Shown: positions 9,009 to 22,474, counted from the first letter of the stretch. The stretch is 64,000 nucleotides of DNA from an uncultured Candidatus Saccharibacteria bacterium (GCA_964450805.1 CAYVDD010000001.1:254365-318364); one strand, 5' to 3'. Program-made: numbers and translations. Notes: generated by a model from the sequence alone, not told the origin.

Positions 9009-10000
9009 AATCCTTTTTTTATTTTCCTAATAGCTTCCACCATAAAAGAGAACCAATACTTTAAATTTATAATACAATCCTGAGTTCTAACATATTCTTT
9101 ACTTTTACCCCCAAATCCCTTTTTAAACAAGCTTAATCCATACCAAGGATGACTCTTTTTTTCATCAGGAACCACTCCCCAAAAATTAAATTTTTTACAT
9201 CCTTTTTCCTTAGCTTTTTTAATAGCTTCCCAAAGTAATAAATAAGAAACGGGAATTTTAGGGTATTTTAAAGAAGAGGCTCCATGATGATAAAATCCAA
9301 CATCTCCCCAAAAAACAAAAATGCCAGAAGCAACCACTTCCCCATTATATTTTCCCAACAAAACCAAAATCTGACCATCTTTAGAAAAAGCTTTAAATTC
9401 ATTTTTCAAATAATTCAAAGAAAAAGGAACAAAGTGCTGACGCACTTTAGTCTGTTGATATAATTTATCAAATTCTTCAACACCATCAGCTTCAATAATC
9501 TCAACATTCTTTTTAATAGCTTTTTTAATCAAATAACGGGTGGTTTTACGCATACCCATCAATAATTCATCTTCAGTCAAATCAATATCCAACTCCCAAG
9601 TCAACTCAGGATGAACGAAAGTAGGAGCATTACGAAAACCAAGTTTTTTAAAGACAACTAAACCAGATTCAGTAACAGGAGAAATACGAATATGACTTAC
9701 CTTTTCAACAACAGCCAAAGCTTTTAACTTATAATTCATCAAACTTTTTAAAACCAAAGCTTTAGACCTAGAAACAACAGGACCATGAGGAACAAACAAA
9801 AAACTACCTCTTTTAGCCTCAACCTTAATAACCAGAGCAGCACCAATTAATTCAGAATCATAAACACCAAACCTCCATATCTTATCCCCCATCAAAGAAT
9901 TAAACTCCCCCCAATTCCAAGAATGAAGAAATGTTTTTTCTTCACATTTTTCCAAAAAATTCTCCCAAACATTTTTTTCAAAAATTTCTTTAACTTCCAT
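9005..10000 (-). CDS. FemAB-family peptidoglycan interpeptide bridge aminoacyltransferase (FemX-like)
   Basis: Size and composition match the FemAB family. It lies in an operon with the Mur ligase. Confidence 0.65.
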   Translation of the reverse strand: MEVKEIFEKNVWENFLEKCEEKTFLHSWNWGEFNSLMGDKIWRFGVYDSELIGAALVIKVEAKRGSFLFVPHGPVVSRSKALVLKSLMNYKLKALAVVEKVSHIRISPVTESGLVVFKKLGFRNAPTFVHPELTWELDIDLTEDELLMGMRKTTRYLIKKAIKKNVEIIEADGVEEFDKLYQQTKVRQHFVPFSLNYLKNEFKAFSKDGQILVLLGKYNGEVVASGIFVFWGDVGFYHHGASSLKYPKIPVSYLLLWEAIKKAKEKGCKKFNFWGVVPDEKKSHPWYGLSLFKKGFGGKSKEYVRTQDCIINLKYWFSFMVEAIRKIKKGL

Positions 10001-11537
10001 AAATTAAATCCTTAATTTTTTTAGAAATTCTTCCTTCTAAAAGAATAACGTTTTCAGAATTTAAAAATGGTTTAATTTTTTCAAAAATTAAGTCAGGTTT
10101 TTCTGAAAATATGACCTTATTACCTGCCCTTTTTTTTATATCTTCAAACTTATCTCTTGTAACAATAATCCCTAAATCACAAATTTCATTAATCTTCTCC
10201 CCTATTTTTTTATGAATCTCATCAGAAGCGCTACCCAATTCAATCAAACAAGGCATAATAATTATTTTTTTACCAGAAAAAAGCTTTAAATGATTTAAAT
10301 GAGAAAATACACCATTAGGATTAGCTGAATAAGTAGAATCAATAATATTTATTCCATTAAAGCCTTTAGAAAAGCTTGGATCAACAGCCTTAATATTTTC
10401 ACAAGCTCTGGCAACCTCTTCCAAGCTCATTCCAAAATCTTTTGCAACAGCGCTTACCAGTAAAATGTTTTCTATACTTTCAACTCCTAAAAGATCTACT
10501 CTAAAATGAGCTGAATCTCCGTCTCTAGAAAACACTCTAAAATGAACAGATTCTTTTTCTACAACTATATTCTTAGCCCAAACACCTAATTCTTCTTTAG
10601 TTGAACAAAACACAAGATTATCTGTTTCTGGCTCTAAATTCCTGACAATATCATTATTACCATTTAAAACTGCTAAACCATTTTTTGGCAAACTTTGAAT
10701 TAATTCAAACTTAGTTTTAGTAATATTGTCCTGGCTTCCAAACAAAGCCATATGCTGTTCATTAATACCAGTTAACACTCCTATTTTAGGTTTAACAATA
10801 TCACAAAGCAATTTTATCCCCCCTCTGCCGTATGCTCCCATTTCAACAATAAAAACCTCATGTTCAGAATTCAAATCATTTAAAATACACTGACTTATTC
10901 CAACTTCAGAGTTTTGATTTTTTTTAGTTTTTAAAACTTTGTATTTATTTTTTAAAACTTCATATAAAAATTCTTTGGTTGAAGTTTTCCCATAAGAACC
11001 AGTAATTCCAATAACAATCAAATTTTTAAAGCTTTTTCTTTTTTCTTTTGCTTTTTTAATAATCCTGTTTCTTAACGATACTGTAATTGGCTGAAACAAC
11101 AAAACAATACCAGAAGCAATTAAAGGAGTTAAAATATCAAAAATCAATAATTTTAAAATCAAATCTTTTCTGTAAAAGAAAATAACAACAAAAGAAATTA
11201 AAAAAACAAAACTAATAATAAATAAAAAAACAGTTTTTAAAGTAAAAACAGGTTTTTTAATTTTTTTCAAAGCAAAATTATAAAAAAACTTAGCTGATTC
11301 TAAAATATATATTATTAACAAAGCAATCTCACCAATAAAAAAAGAAATGAAAGGAATTAAAAATAATTTAAAAATCAAAAGATTATTTAAAAAAAGCTTT
11401 TTCCCCTTATAAGTTCGGAAATGGTCAATAAACCTTCCAACATGATATTCTTTAAGCTGCCAAAGATAAAGCCAAAACAAAAAAGCTTTAGTTTCACGTA
11501 TTAACCAGAGAAAACTAAGAATTAAAACAAGAACCAT
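9990..11537 (-). CDS. Mur ligase family protein (MurF/MurE-like) with an N-terminal ~170-aa polytopic membrane extension
   Basis: 'IVIGITGSYGKTSTKEFL' (Mur ligase P-loop) and a central/C-terminal Mur ligase domain. Residues 1-170 form several TM helices. Confidence 0.7.
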   Translation of the reverse strand: MVLVLILSFLWLIRETKAFLFWLYLWQLKEYHVGRFIDHFRTYKGKKLFLNNLLIFKLFLIPFISFFIGEIALLIIYILESAKFFYNFALKKIKKPVFTLKTVFLFIISFVFLISFVVIFFYRKDLILKLLIFDILTPLIASGIVLLFQPITVSLRNRIIKKAKEKRKSFKNLIVIGITGSYGKTSTKEFLYEVLKNKYKVLKTKKNQNSEVGISQCILNDLNSEHEVFIVEMGAYGRGGIKLLCDIVKPKIGVLTGINEQHMALFGSQDNITKTKFELIQSLPKNGLAVLNGNNDIVRNLEPETDNLVFCSTKEELGVWAKNIVVEKESVHFRVFSRDGDSAHFRVDLLGVESIENILLVSAVAKDFGMSLEEVARACENIKAVDPSFSKGFNGINIIDSTYSANPNGVFSHLNHLKLFSGKKIIIMPCLIELGSASDEIHKKIGEKINEICDLGIIVTRDKFEDIKKRAGNKVIFSEKPDLIFEKIKPFLNSENVILLEGRISKKIKDLIYGS

Positions 11538-11539
11538 AA

Positions 11540-12310
11540 TTAGCTGGTTAAAAAACTAACAATTATATCTGACAGCTTATCCGGAGCTTCAACATGAGGA
11601 CTATGACCTACATCTTCTAAAAATTCTAAAACAGAATCTTTAATCTGTTCTTTAAAAATGTATGAGTATTTTACAGGAACCAGTTTATCTTCCTTACCCC
11701 AGACGACTAAAGTTTTTGTCTGAATTTCAGATAAACGAGGAAGCAAATCCTCATCAATAATTTTTTTAATGATTTCTTTCATCACACCATCTGCTTTTAC
11801 ATAATCTTTATGGCGTAAAAAAGAATAAAATATATTCCTGGCACCATCTTTAAATCTTTCCAGAATATGAGGAGAAAAAATAACATTGCCAATATGAGCA
11901 GCATAAGCAATCATTGTATCCTTAAATCCTAATTTAGGTTTTATTCCGGCTGAATCACAAAGAATCAGATTCTTAACCATATCAGGATAATTGATACTGA
12001 ACTTAATTGCAATCCTTCCGCCAAAAGAATGGCCTAAAAGATAAAAATTCTTTAAATTTTGTGAGTGAACAAATCCATTAAACCAGTTCATATAATCATC
12101 AACAGACCAGACACTATCTGGAGTTCTGCTTTTTCCAAAACCAGGAAAATCAGGACAAATCACTTTGTATCCTTTGCCAGACAATATTTCCATAACATCA
12201 ACCCAGGAATCAGATGAACTTCCCCAGCCATGTAAAACCAAAATCACAGGACCTGATCCTGCAATTCTGTAATTGACTTTCAGATTGTTAATTAAAATGC
12301 TTTTTTCCAT
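11540..12310 (-). CDS. Alpha/beta-fold hydrolase
   Basis: Nucleophile elbow 'GHSFGG', plus an Asp and a His in the C-terminal part. Confidence 0.65.
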   Translation of the reverse strand: MEKSILINNLKVNYRIAGSGPVILVLHGWGSSSDSWVDVMEILSGKGYKVICPDFPGFGKSRTPDSVWSVDDYMNWFNGFVHSQNLKNFYLLGHSFGGRIAIKFSINYPDMVKNLILCDSAGIKPKLGFKDTMIAYAAHIGNVIFSPHILERFKDGARNIFYSFLRHKDYVKADGVMKEIIKKIIDEDLLPRLSEIQTKTLVVWGKEDKLVPVKYSYIFKEQIKDSVLEFLEDVGHSPHVEAPDKLSDIIVSFLTS

Positions 12311-12313
12311 ATT

Positions 12314-13573
12314 TTAACCAATTTTCTTAAATCCAGTATACTTTTGCAAAACTTTAGGCACTAATATGCTTCCATCTTTTTGCTGATAATTCTCAATAAT
12401 AGCAATAATGGTTCTTCCAACAGCAACAGCAGTTCCGTTTAAAGTATTAACAAAGTTCATTTTATTTGATTTATCTCTGTAGCGGATATTTAATCTTCTG
12501 GCCTGAAAATCAGTGCAGTTTGAAGTAGAATGTGTTTCACGATAACGATTCTGAGAAGGTATCCAGGCTTCAATATCATATTTAGAAGCTACTGGATCGC
12601 CTAAATCACCTGTGCACATCTGAACAACCCTGTAAGGCAGTTTTAATTCTTTCATAAACTTTTCTTCCAAAGAAAGCAAATACTGATGCTCTTTTTTTGA
12701 TTCTTCAGGACAACAGAATGTAAACATTTCTACTTTATCAAACTGATGAACCCTAAAAATTCCTTTAGTATCCTTGCCATAAGAACCAGCCTCTCTTCTA
12801 AAGCATGAAGAAAAGCTTACATATCTTTTAGGCAGTTCTTTGTCATTGAAAGTTTCGCCAGCATGCATTGGACCAATAATTTGTTCTGAAGTGGCAATTA
12901 AATAAAGGTTATCTTTTCCAATATGATAAATCTCATTTTCTCCTCTTTCAACATAACCCATTCCTCTCATCATTTCTGGCCTTATTAATACTGGAGGAAT
13001 AATGGGAATGAATTTTTCTTTTTTTAATTCGTCAAACAAGAAATTAATTAAAGCAAGCTCTAATAATACTGCTTCGTTTTTCAAAAAACCAAACCTTGTG
13101 CCAGATGTTTTAGCTGCTCGTTTGACATCAACTAAATCAAGTTTCTCAGAAATCTCTAAATAATCTTTAATCTTAAAATCAAACTTAGGTTTTTTACCAA
13201 CCTCTTTTATAACCACATTTCCTGATTCATCTTTCCCAACTGGAATATCATCAAAAGCAGGATTAGGAACCTGAGCCATTAGATTATTGAATTCTCTTTC
13301 AATCTTTTTTAAATTCTCATCCAACTTATCATTGTTTCTATCAAGCTCTCTCATTTTAAGTATTATTTTTTCTTTTCCTTTTTTGTCTTTTGTCCCAACT
13401 ATATCTTTTGAAGCCTTGTTTTTTTTAGCCCTCACATCCTCTAAAGTTTGTAAAAGCTCTATTCTTTTTTTATCCACTTTTAAAAGCTTGTCAATATCAA
13501 CCTTAACCTGCTTATTCTCGCAGGACTTCTTAACCTTATCAGGATTTTCACGAATAAACTTAATATCTAGCAT
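12314..13573 (-). CDS. serS: Seryl-tRNA synthetase
   Basis: N-terminal coiled coil, class II core motifs and a typical SerRS N-terminus 'MLDIKFIRENPD'. Confidence 0.85.
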   Translation of the reverse strand: MLDIKFIRENPDKVKKSCENKQVKVDIDKLLKVDKKRIELLQTLEDVRAKKNKASKDIVGTKDKKGKEKIILKMRELDRNNDKLDENLKKIEREFNNLMAQVPNPAFDDIPVGKDESGNVVIKEVGKKPKFDFKIKDYLEISEKLDLVDVKRAAKTSGTRFGFLKNEAVLLELALINFLFDELKKEKFIPIIPPVLIRPEMMRGMGYVERGENEIYHIGKDNLYLIATSEQIIGPMHAGETFNDKELPKRYVSFSSCFRREAGSYGKDTKGIFRVHQFDKVEMFTFCCPEESKKEHQYLLSLEEKFMKELKLPYRVVQMCTGDLGDPVASKYDIEAWIPSQNRYRETHSTSNCTDFQARRLNIRYRDKSNKMNFVNTLNGTAVAVGRTIIAIIENYQQKDGSILVPKVLQKYTGFKKIG

Positions 13574-13604
13574 GTTAAAAGAATAATTCTATATTCAAAA
13601 TAAA

Positions 13605-14408
13605 CTAAGGAGTTGATGCGACAATGCTAAAATAATTATCATTCTCATCGTAGAGCAAAGCACCACGCGCGTCATAAATCCTTATTTTTACCGAATCGCT
13701 TCTATCCACCCCAAAACCACTAATAAAGTCTTGAGGAATAGTCCAAGAATATTTCCCTGTGCTGGCATCCAAAGCTGACTGACCAAGAAATCCCTTATCC
13801 TTTCCGCCTACAGCTACGGCAAGCGCAATTTCGTCAACTTTTGAAGATTCCCAAGTAATATAATACGTTTTTCCCTCCATCCATTCTTCTCCTCCGTTTG
13901 GGGAAAGTAGCCTAACATATCCAGCATTATTACTGCTGATACTGAACTTCTCATCGCTAGCGTCATAAATATCATACATTTCCGTGCCAGATTCAAAAAT
14001 CAGGATTTTAAAAGCAGGATTAGAAAGACCATATAGCTTCATTGCTTGGTTCAAGGAATCAAAATCACTTTGTTTAAAGAGCCACAGATATTCCCCACTT
14101 TCGGTTGGTACATTTTTCTCAACAAGGACAGAAACATCCGGGGGCCAACCGCCTGGGGCTGGAGTAGGCATCCAAATGTAGATATCTACTTTTTCTAATT
14201 GTCCAGACTCCCAGCTGATAATATAGCTGTTACCAACAACCAGATTTTCACCTCCATTTGGGGAAAGCACAGCAAGCTCTTCTTCTTCTTCCTGAACACT
14301 GCCTTGATCTGTTTTTGATCTCAGGAAGCTGTTTACCCAAACAGCTAAAACGAAAATAATAACAACTACTATTATTACGGATATGCCTCTATTATTTTTT
14401 TTGAACAT
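13605..14408 (-). CDS. Secreted/anchored protein with two tandem Kre9/KNH-like (Ser-Thr-rich GPI-anchored family) domains
   Basis: N-terminal TM anchor. Internal duplication 'LSPNGGENLVVGNSYIISWES' / 'LLSPNGGEEWMEGKTYYITWESS'. Confidence 0.4.
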   Translation of the reverse strand: MFKKNNRGISVIIVVVIIFVLAVWVNSFLRSKTDQGSVQEEEEELAVLSPNGGENLVVGNSYIISWESGQLEKVDIYIWMPTPAPGGWPPDVSVLVEKNVPTESGEYLWLFKQSDFDSLNQAMKLYGLSNPAFKILIFESGTEMYDIYDASDEKFSISSNNAGYVRLLSPNGGEEWMEGKTYYITWESSKVDEIALAVAVGGKDKGFLGQSALDASTGKYSWTIPQDFISGFGVDRSDSVKIRIYDARGALLYDENDNYFSIVASTP

Positions 14409-14427
14409 ATTATTGGTATATTATTAA

Positions 14428-15894
14428 TTATTTTTTAGGCTTCATTGTTGGAAATAAGATAACCTCTCTCAAAGCATGAGAATCAGTCAATAAAGCAACT
14501 AATCTGTCTATTCCCATGCCAAATCCTGCTGCTGGAGGCATGCCATACTCTATTGCCTCCAAATAATCCTTATCTATTCTCTGGGCTTCCTCAAAGCCAA
14601 GTTTAAACAGCTTTTCCTGTTCTTCAAATCTTCTGCGCTGTTCAATAGGATCGTTTAATTCAGAAAAAGCATTTAAAAGTTCTATTCCTGCTGCAATTAA
14701 TTGAACGTTAGCTAATTTCTCTGAATCTTTATCCAAGGCTTTAGCTAATGGCTGAAATCCTTTTGGATAATGAAGAACAAAAGTTGGTTTAATTATTTTA
14801 GAACGACAAATTTTTGCAAAAATCTCATCAGCAACTTCAGCTTTAGGAGCACCTTTCTCAACTTCCAACCCCATTTTTTTAGCTTGTTTTGCTAAAAATA
14901 TTTCATTTATCTCTTCTAAATTAATGCCAGTTGTCTTTCTAAAAAGCTGATAAAACTCAACTCTAGGCCAAGGCGGTTTAAAATTAAGCTTTTTTCCCTG
15001 ATATGATATTTCTAGTTTGCCAAATACCTCTTTTAAAATATAAGAAAACATTTTTTCTGTTAATTTCATCAAGTCTTTGTAATCTGCATAAGCCCAGTAA
15101 AATTCAAGCATTGTAAAATCAGGATTATGATACCTGTCAACCCCTTCATTTCTAAAACACTTGCCAATTTCATAAACCTTTTCAAAACCTCCAACCAGCA
15201 ATCTTTTTAAATAAAGTTCAGGAGCAATACGTAAGTACAGATCCATGTCCATTGCATTTAAATGAGTTTTAAATGGCTTAGCTCTTGCTCCTCCATAAAT
15301 AGGCTGAAGCATAGGAGTTTCTACTGCTAAAAATCCTTGTCCTTCTAAAAACTCTCTTAAAGATTTAATAATCAAAGAACGGGTCTCAAACTTCTTTTTA
15401 ATATCTTCATTAAAAATCAAATCAAGATACCTTTTCCTGAATCTTTCCTCAATGTCTTTTAAACCCTGCCATTTCTCAGGCAAAGGCAGCAAGCTTTTAG
15501 CTAACATATGAAAATCAGCTGTTTCAACTGTTTTTTCACCCTTTTTTGTTTTAAACAGTATTCCCCTTACTTCAATAAAATCTCCTAAATCAAAATTATC
15601 CAAAAAAAACTTGTATGCTCTCTCCCCTAATCTGTCTTTTTTAAAATATGCCTGGATTTTACCAGTTCCATCTTCAATATGAACAAAAGTGGAGCCACCA
15701 TGAATTCTTAACAACCTTATTCTTCCCACCAGAGTTATTTCTTTTTTTGCCCGAACAAAAGAAGTGAAGCTTTTTAAAACCTCAGCTATTTTATGAGTTC
15801 TTTTCACAGAAGCAGGATAAGGCAAAAACCCAAGATTTCTAATTCTTTTCAGTTTTTTTAACCTGTTTTTCCTAATATCATCTTTAGTAGCCAT
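14428..15894 (-). CDS. lysS: Lysyl-tRNA synthetase, class II
   Basis: Anticodon-binding OB domain plus class II motifs 'YLRIAPELYLKRLLVGGFEKVYEIGKCFRNEG'. Confidence 0.85.
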   Translation of the reverse strand: MATKDDIRKNRLKKLKRIRNLGFLPYPASVKRTHKIAEVLKSFTSFVRAKKEITLVGRIRLLRIHGGSTFVHIEDGTGKIQAYFKKDRLGERAYKFFLDNFDLGDFIEVRGILFKTKKGEKTVETADFHMLAKSLLPLPEKWQGLKDIEERFRKRYLDLIFNEDIKKKFETRSLIIKSLREFLEGQGFLAVETPMLQPIYGGARAKPFKTHLNAMDMDLYLRIAPELYLKRLLVGGFEKVYEIGKCFRNEGVDRYHNPDFTMLEFYWAYADYKDLMKLTEKMFSYILKEVFGKLEISYQGKKLNFKPPWPRVEFYQLFRKTTGINLEEINEIFLAKQAKKMGLEVEKGAPKAEVADEIFAKICRSKIIKPTFVLHYPKGFQPLAKALDKDSEKLANVQLIAAGIELLNAFSELNDPIEQRRRFEEQEKLFKLGFEEAQRIDKDYLEAIEYGMPPAAGFGMGIDRLVALLTDSHALREVILFPTMKPKK

Positions 15895-15917
15895 AAATTC
15901 ATTTTAGTGATTTTTAC

Positions 15918-17852
15918 TCATTTAGTAAAATACCAGTTTAAAATCTCATAAACAGCAGGTAATGTTGCTACTCTCACTCCTTTAACGTCTTCAATCAGAA
16001 TAGTGATTATTATTTCAGGATCATCATAAGGAGCAAAAACAGTGATCCAGTTATGATACACATCTTTTTTTGAAGTTTCAGCTGTTCCTGTTTTGGCAGC
16101 AACTTTGACTGGTAGAGAATTAAGGAACACTGCTGAAGCGTTGGGACTATTGTAGCCAGTAACAGCTTGTCTCATACCCTGTCTTACAACTTCAATATTA
16201 TCAGTACTTAAAAAATCTTGCTTAATAATTTCAGGGTTTATTTCCTTTACTATCTCCCCTGTTTCACTATCTAAGATTTCCTTAACAATCTGAGGTTTAA
16301 AAATCTTTCCGTAATTAGCAATTGGCATAAAACTAACTGCAACTTCTATTGGAGTAATCTGAAGATATCCCTGGCCAATTGAAAAATGATAAGTGTCTCC
16401 ATCCCACCAGCCCTGACCTAAAACTCTCTTTTTCCAAACTTTATCAGGAACAAAACCAGCTATTTCTCCAGGCAAATCAATGCCAGTTTTATTTTCCCAG
16501 CCAAACATACTTAAATATTCTTTAATCTTTGTCGGACCTAATCCATCTTGAGTCTTGTAACCACCGCCTAAACGATAAAAATAAACATTACATGATTCAG
16601 CTAAAGCTTTTCTCATATCTGTCAAGCCATGAGCTCTTAAATCTTTATACTGCCAGATAACTTCAGGGTCCCAGTAATCTTCAACCTCAAGCATGCCAGT
16701 GCAGTTAATAAATTCGTCAGGATTAATTATTTCCTCTTCTAATCCTGCTAAAGCAATTAAAGGTTTAATTGTTGAACCAGTTACGTAACGGCCAGAAATA
16801 GCACGATTGAATAAAGGTTTGTTTGGATTGTCAAAAATCCTCTCAATAAGTTTTGAATCTGAATTTGAAAAAACATTATTGTCAAAAGAAGGAAAAGAAA
16901 CCAAAGAAAGCACTCCTCCTGTTTTAGGATCCAGAGCAACAACCGCTCCTTTTTTACTTCCAATCTCGTAAAGTTTCCTCTCTAATACATCCTTAACTTT
17001 TTTTTGAAGTTCAGAATCAAGCCAGAGAACCAGATTATTACCTGATTGTGGTAAAGATGCTGTTTCCTGAGACAATATATTGCCCATTGCATCTCTTTCA
17101 ACCATTACTTTGCCCAGGTTTTTCCTTAAAAAGTCCTCATAATATTTTTCTAAACCATCTCTTCCAATATAATCTAAAATTGAATAAAACTCAGGAGAAC
17201 TTTCAAACTCATCTTTCCTAATCTTGCCCATATATCCGATTATATGAGCAAAAATTTCCCCGTCTACATAATCTCTTGTTGATGTTTTTCTTATCTTAAA
17301 ACCAGTTAAATCATTGATCTTAGTTTGTAAAATAATCAATTTCTCACGCTCTAGATCTCTGGAAACAAAAACCAAAGAGTCTGTACTGGACGCAATTTCC
17401 TGTTTTAATTGCTCATAATCCTTTTCCAGAATACGGGCAACTTCTTTTAAAACCTTATTCTCATCTTCTTTAGAGTAATCAAGATTTTTCTTTTCATAAA
17501 TTAAATCAAATTGAGGAATATTAAAAACCAATTGCTTTAAATTCCTGTCATAAATCACTCCTCTATCTGCTTCAATACTTTTAATAATAAACTTATTCTC
17601 ATTGGCTAGAGCTTTAAAACTCTCTCCTTCAAGAACCTGAAGCTGAAATGTTTTTAAAAACAAAATTATCATTGTTAAAAACAAAACAAATAAAAATCCT
17701 TTTAGAGTTTTATCTAGAAGAGGAATATTTACTTTTTTAATTGAAATCCCCCATTCCTCTTCTTTTTCTTTGGCAAGTTTGTCTAATATAATTTCATGAG
17801 GCTCAATATCTCTTTTCTGTTTAAATCTCTTTAGGCTAAACCTGCCAAACAT
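15918..17852 (-). CDS. mrdA: Penicillin-binding protein 2 (transpeptidase), elongasome type
   Basis: 'STIKP' (SxxK), SxN and 'KTGTA' motifs. It lies immediately downstream of mreC-mreD. Confidence 0.75.
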   Translation of the reverse strand: MFGRFSLKRFKQKRDIEPHEIILDKLAKEKEEEWGISIKKVNIPLLDKTLKGFLFVLFLTMIILFLKTFQLQVLEGESFKALANENKFIIKSIEADRGVIYDRNLKQLVFNIPQFDLIYEKKNLDYSKEDENKVLKEVARILEKDYEQLKQEIASSTDSLVFVSRDLEREKLIILQTKINDLTGFKIRKTSTRDYVDGEIFAHIIGYMGKIRKDEFESSPEFYSILDYIGRDGLEKYYEDFLRKNLGKVMVERDAMGNILSQETASLPQSGNNLVLWLDSELQKKVKDVLERKLYEIGSKKGAVVALDPKTGGVLSLVSFPSFDNNVFSNSDSKLIERIFDNPNKPLFNRAISGRYVTGSTIKPLIALAGLEEEIINPDEFINCTGMLEVEDYWDPEVIWQYKDLRAHGLTDMRKALAESCNVYFYRLGGGYKTQDGLGPTKIKEYLSMFGWENKTGIDLPGEIAGFVPDKVWKKRVLGQGWWDGDTYHFSIGQGYLQITPIEVAVSFMPIANYGKIFKPQIVKEILDSETGEIVKEINPEIIKQDFLSTDNIEVVRQGMRQAVTGYNSPNASAVFLNSLPVKVAAKTGTAETSKKDVYHNWITVFAPYDDPEIIITILIEDVKGVRVATLPAVYEILNWYFTK

Positions 17853-18126
17853 ATCTTTTAAAGATTAGTTTCATAAAAATTGAAATTAAAAAACAAATTA
17901 AAACCCAGTAGCCAATATATGAACTGAAAAATATATCCAAGAGAAACCCAGCAATTAATGCTGAAATAAGACCAAAGCTATTTTTTTGTTCTTCAAAAAA
18001 ATTAATCAAAACCACTGCTATTAAAACAAGGTTTAAAGAATAATTTGAAAAATGAACAAAAAAACTGCTCTGAAGCAAGATTAGAAAGTAAAATCCTAAA
18101 GTGATAAGAATTATTTTTTTAATCAT
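17836..18126 (-). CDS. mreD: Rod shape-determining protein MreD-like small membrane protein
   Basis: 96 aa with 3-4 TM helices, between mreC and PBP2. Confidence 0.45.
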   Translation of the reverse strand: MIKKIILITLGFYFLILLQSSFFVHFSNYSLNLVLIAVVLINFFEEQKNSFGLISALIAGFLLDIFFSSYIGYWVLICFLISIFMKLIFKRYVWQV

Positions 18127-18135
18127 TTCCTCCTA

Positions 18136-18990
18136 CTACTCGCTAAAACTAGAGTTAGTAATAATAAATAAATTGTTTAAATCTTTAATATTAAATCCAG
18201 GTTTCACTTCAGCCTGCTGAAAAGCTGCAGTGTCAGACTTTTTAATATCTTGAATTTCACCTATTAAAAGACCTTCTGGAAAATTACCGCCTATAACACT
18301 GCTGATTACTTTATCGCCTATTTCAATATTTTCTTCTTTAGGAACTAAATCAAGGGTTATTTTTAAATTACCATTCCCTTTTGCCAGACTATAAATGTTT
18401 TTTTTAAAAATCTCTATATCAAAAGAATTGTTTTTTGAACTTAAAAGCTCTATTTTTGAGATATTTTCATACAATTCAGATATTTTACCCACCAAGACTT
18501 TAGCTTCAGTAATCACTGGAGACCCAACTCTTATTCCATGATTAAACCCTTTATTCACTATCAAATAATCATTAGATATTTCTTTAGTGATTATTTGAAC
18601 AATCTCTAAGTTAAACTCTTTTCCAATGCTCAGGCCTAAGGCTATTCTTAAATCTTTATTTTCTTTTCTTAATTTTTCTAATTCTATGTTTTGGTTTAAT
18701 AGTTCTTGGTTTTCTAATTTAAGAAGCGTATTCTCTTCTGTCAAATTCCCAGCTTTTAAAATTGCCTGAAAAAAAGCAGAGGCTTTAATGCCCTTTTCCC
18801 ATAACCAGAGCTGAATTGGTTCAGATAATGAATAAAAAAAACTTTTAACTGTTTTTGAAAAAGGAGACAAATTAAAAATTAAAACAGCAATAATAATGAA
18901 AATTATTACTGAAATTTTAAAATTCAGACCCTGACCTAATAACTGGTAAAAAGAATCATTATTTTTTTCAAATTTTCTATTCAATCTCAT
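18136..18990 (-). CDS. mreC: Rod shape-determining protein MreC
   Basis: N-terminal TM helix, a coiled-coil segment and a C-terminal beta domain. Gene order mreC-mreD-pbp2. Confidence 0.6.
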   Translation of the reverse strand: MRLNRKFEKNNDSFYQLLGQGLNFKISVIIFIIIAVLIFNLSPFSKTVKSFFYSLSEPIQLWLWEKGIKASAFFQAILKAGNLTEENTLLKLENQELLNQNIELEKLRKENKDLRIALGLSIGKEFNLEIVQIITKEISNDYLIVNKGFNHGIRVGSPVITEAKVLVGKISELYENISKIELLSSKNNSFDIEIFKKNIYSLAKGNGNLKITLDLVPKEENIEIGDKVISSVIGGNFPEGLLIGEIQDIKKSDTAAFQQAEVKPGFNIKDLNNLFIITNSSFSE

Positions 18991-19049
18991 TAATTTATTA
19001 TAACTAAAGACATATTAAAGTAAAACTTGGTTCAAACAAAAAGACGCTT

Positions 19050-19165
19050 TAGCGGCGGCTACCTACTTTCGCAGGAAACCCACTATCATCGGCCTTGATA
19101 TATTTCACTTCTGTGTTCGAGATGGGAACAGGTGGAGCAATACCAGTATAGCCGCCACTAAAACG
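19050..19165 (-). rRNA. rrf: 5S ribosomal RNA
   Basis: The reverse complement contains 'CCACCTGTTCCCATCTCGAACACAGAAGTGAAA' (5S helix III/loop C). The terminal helix is gcggcggc/gccgccgc. Confidence 0.8.
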
Positions 19166-19207
19166 CCTTTTTGTATAATTTAAAACTAATTGCTTCGTAA
19201 AATTTTA

Positions 19208-22170
<2,963 letters not shown>

Positions 22171-22385
22171 CAAAAATTTTACGAAACTAAAATAACTAAG
22201 ATGAATAATTTTTTAGCTAGATATTTTTTCCTTATTCAATTTTAGAGTTCTTTCTTACTCTTTCTAAACTTAAAAAACCGCCACAGAGCGGTTTTATCAA
22301 CACAAAGACACTTGTGCTTTTTTAACCGCTTCTTATTCTTATTAATTGTCTGTCTGATTTATAAAGCTTTCCCATACCCAGATTA

Positions 22386-22413
22386 ATTTTAGCAGAGTAA
22401 AAGTTGTTGTCAA
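22386..22413 (-). promoter_or_regulatory. Sigma70-like promoter for the 23S-5S unit (TTGACA-N16-TAAAAT)
   Basis: Minus-strand TTGACA (plus 22408-22413) and TAAAAT (plus 22386-22391), about 215 nt upstream of the 23S 5' end. Confidence 0.45.
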
Positions 22414-22474
22414 GAAAAACAAACATCCCAGATTCAAAAACAAACCTGAGATGCTTTTATATACTCAGAGAATT

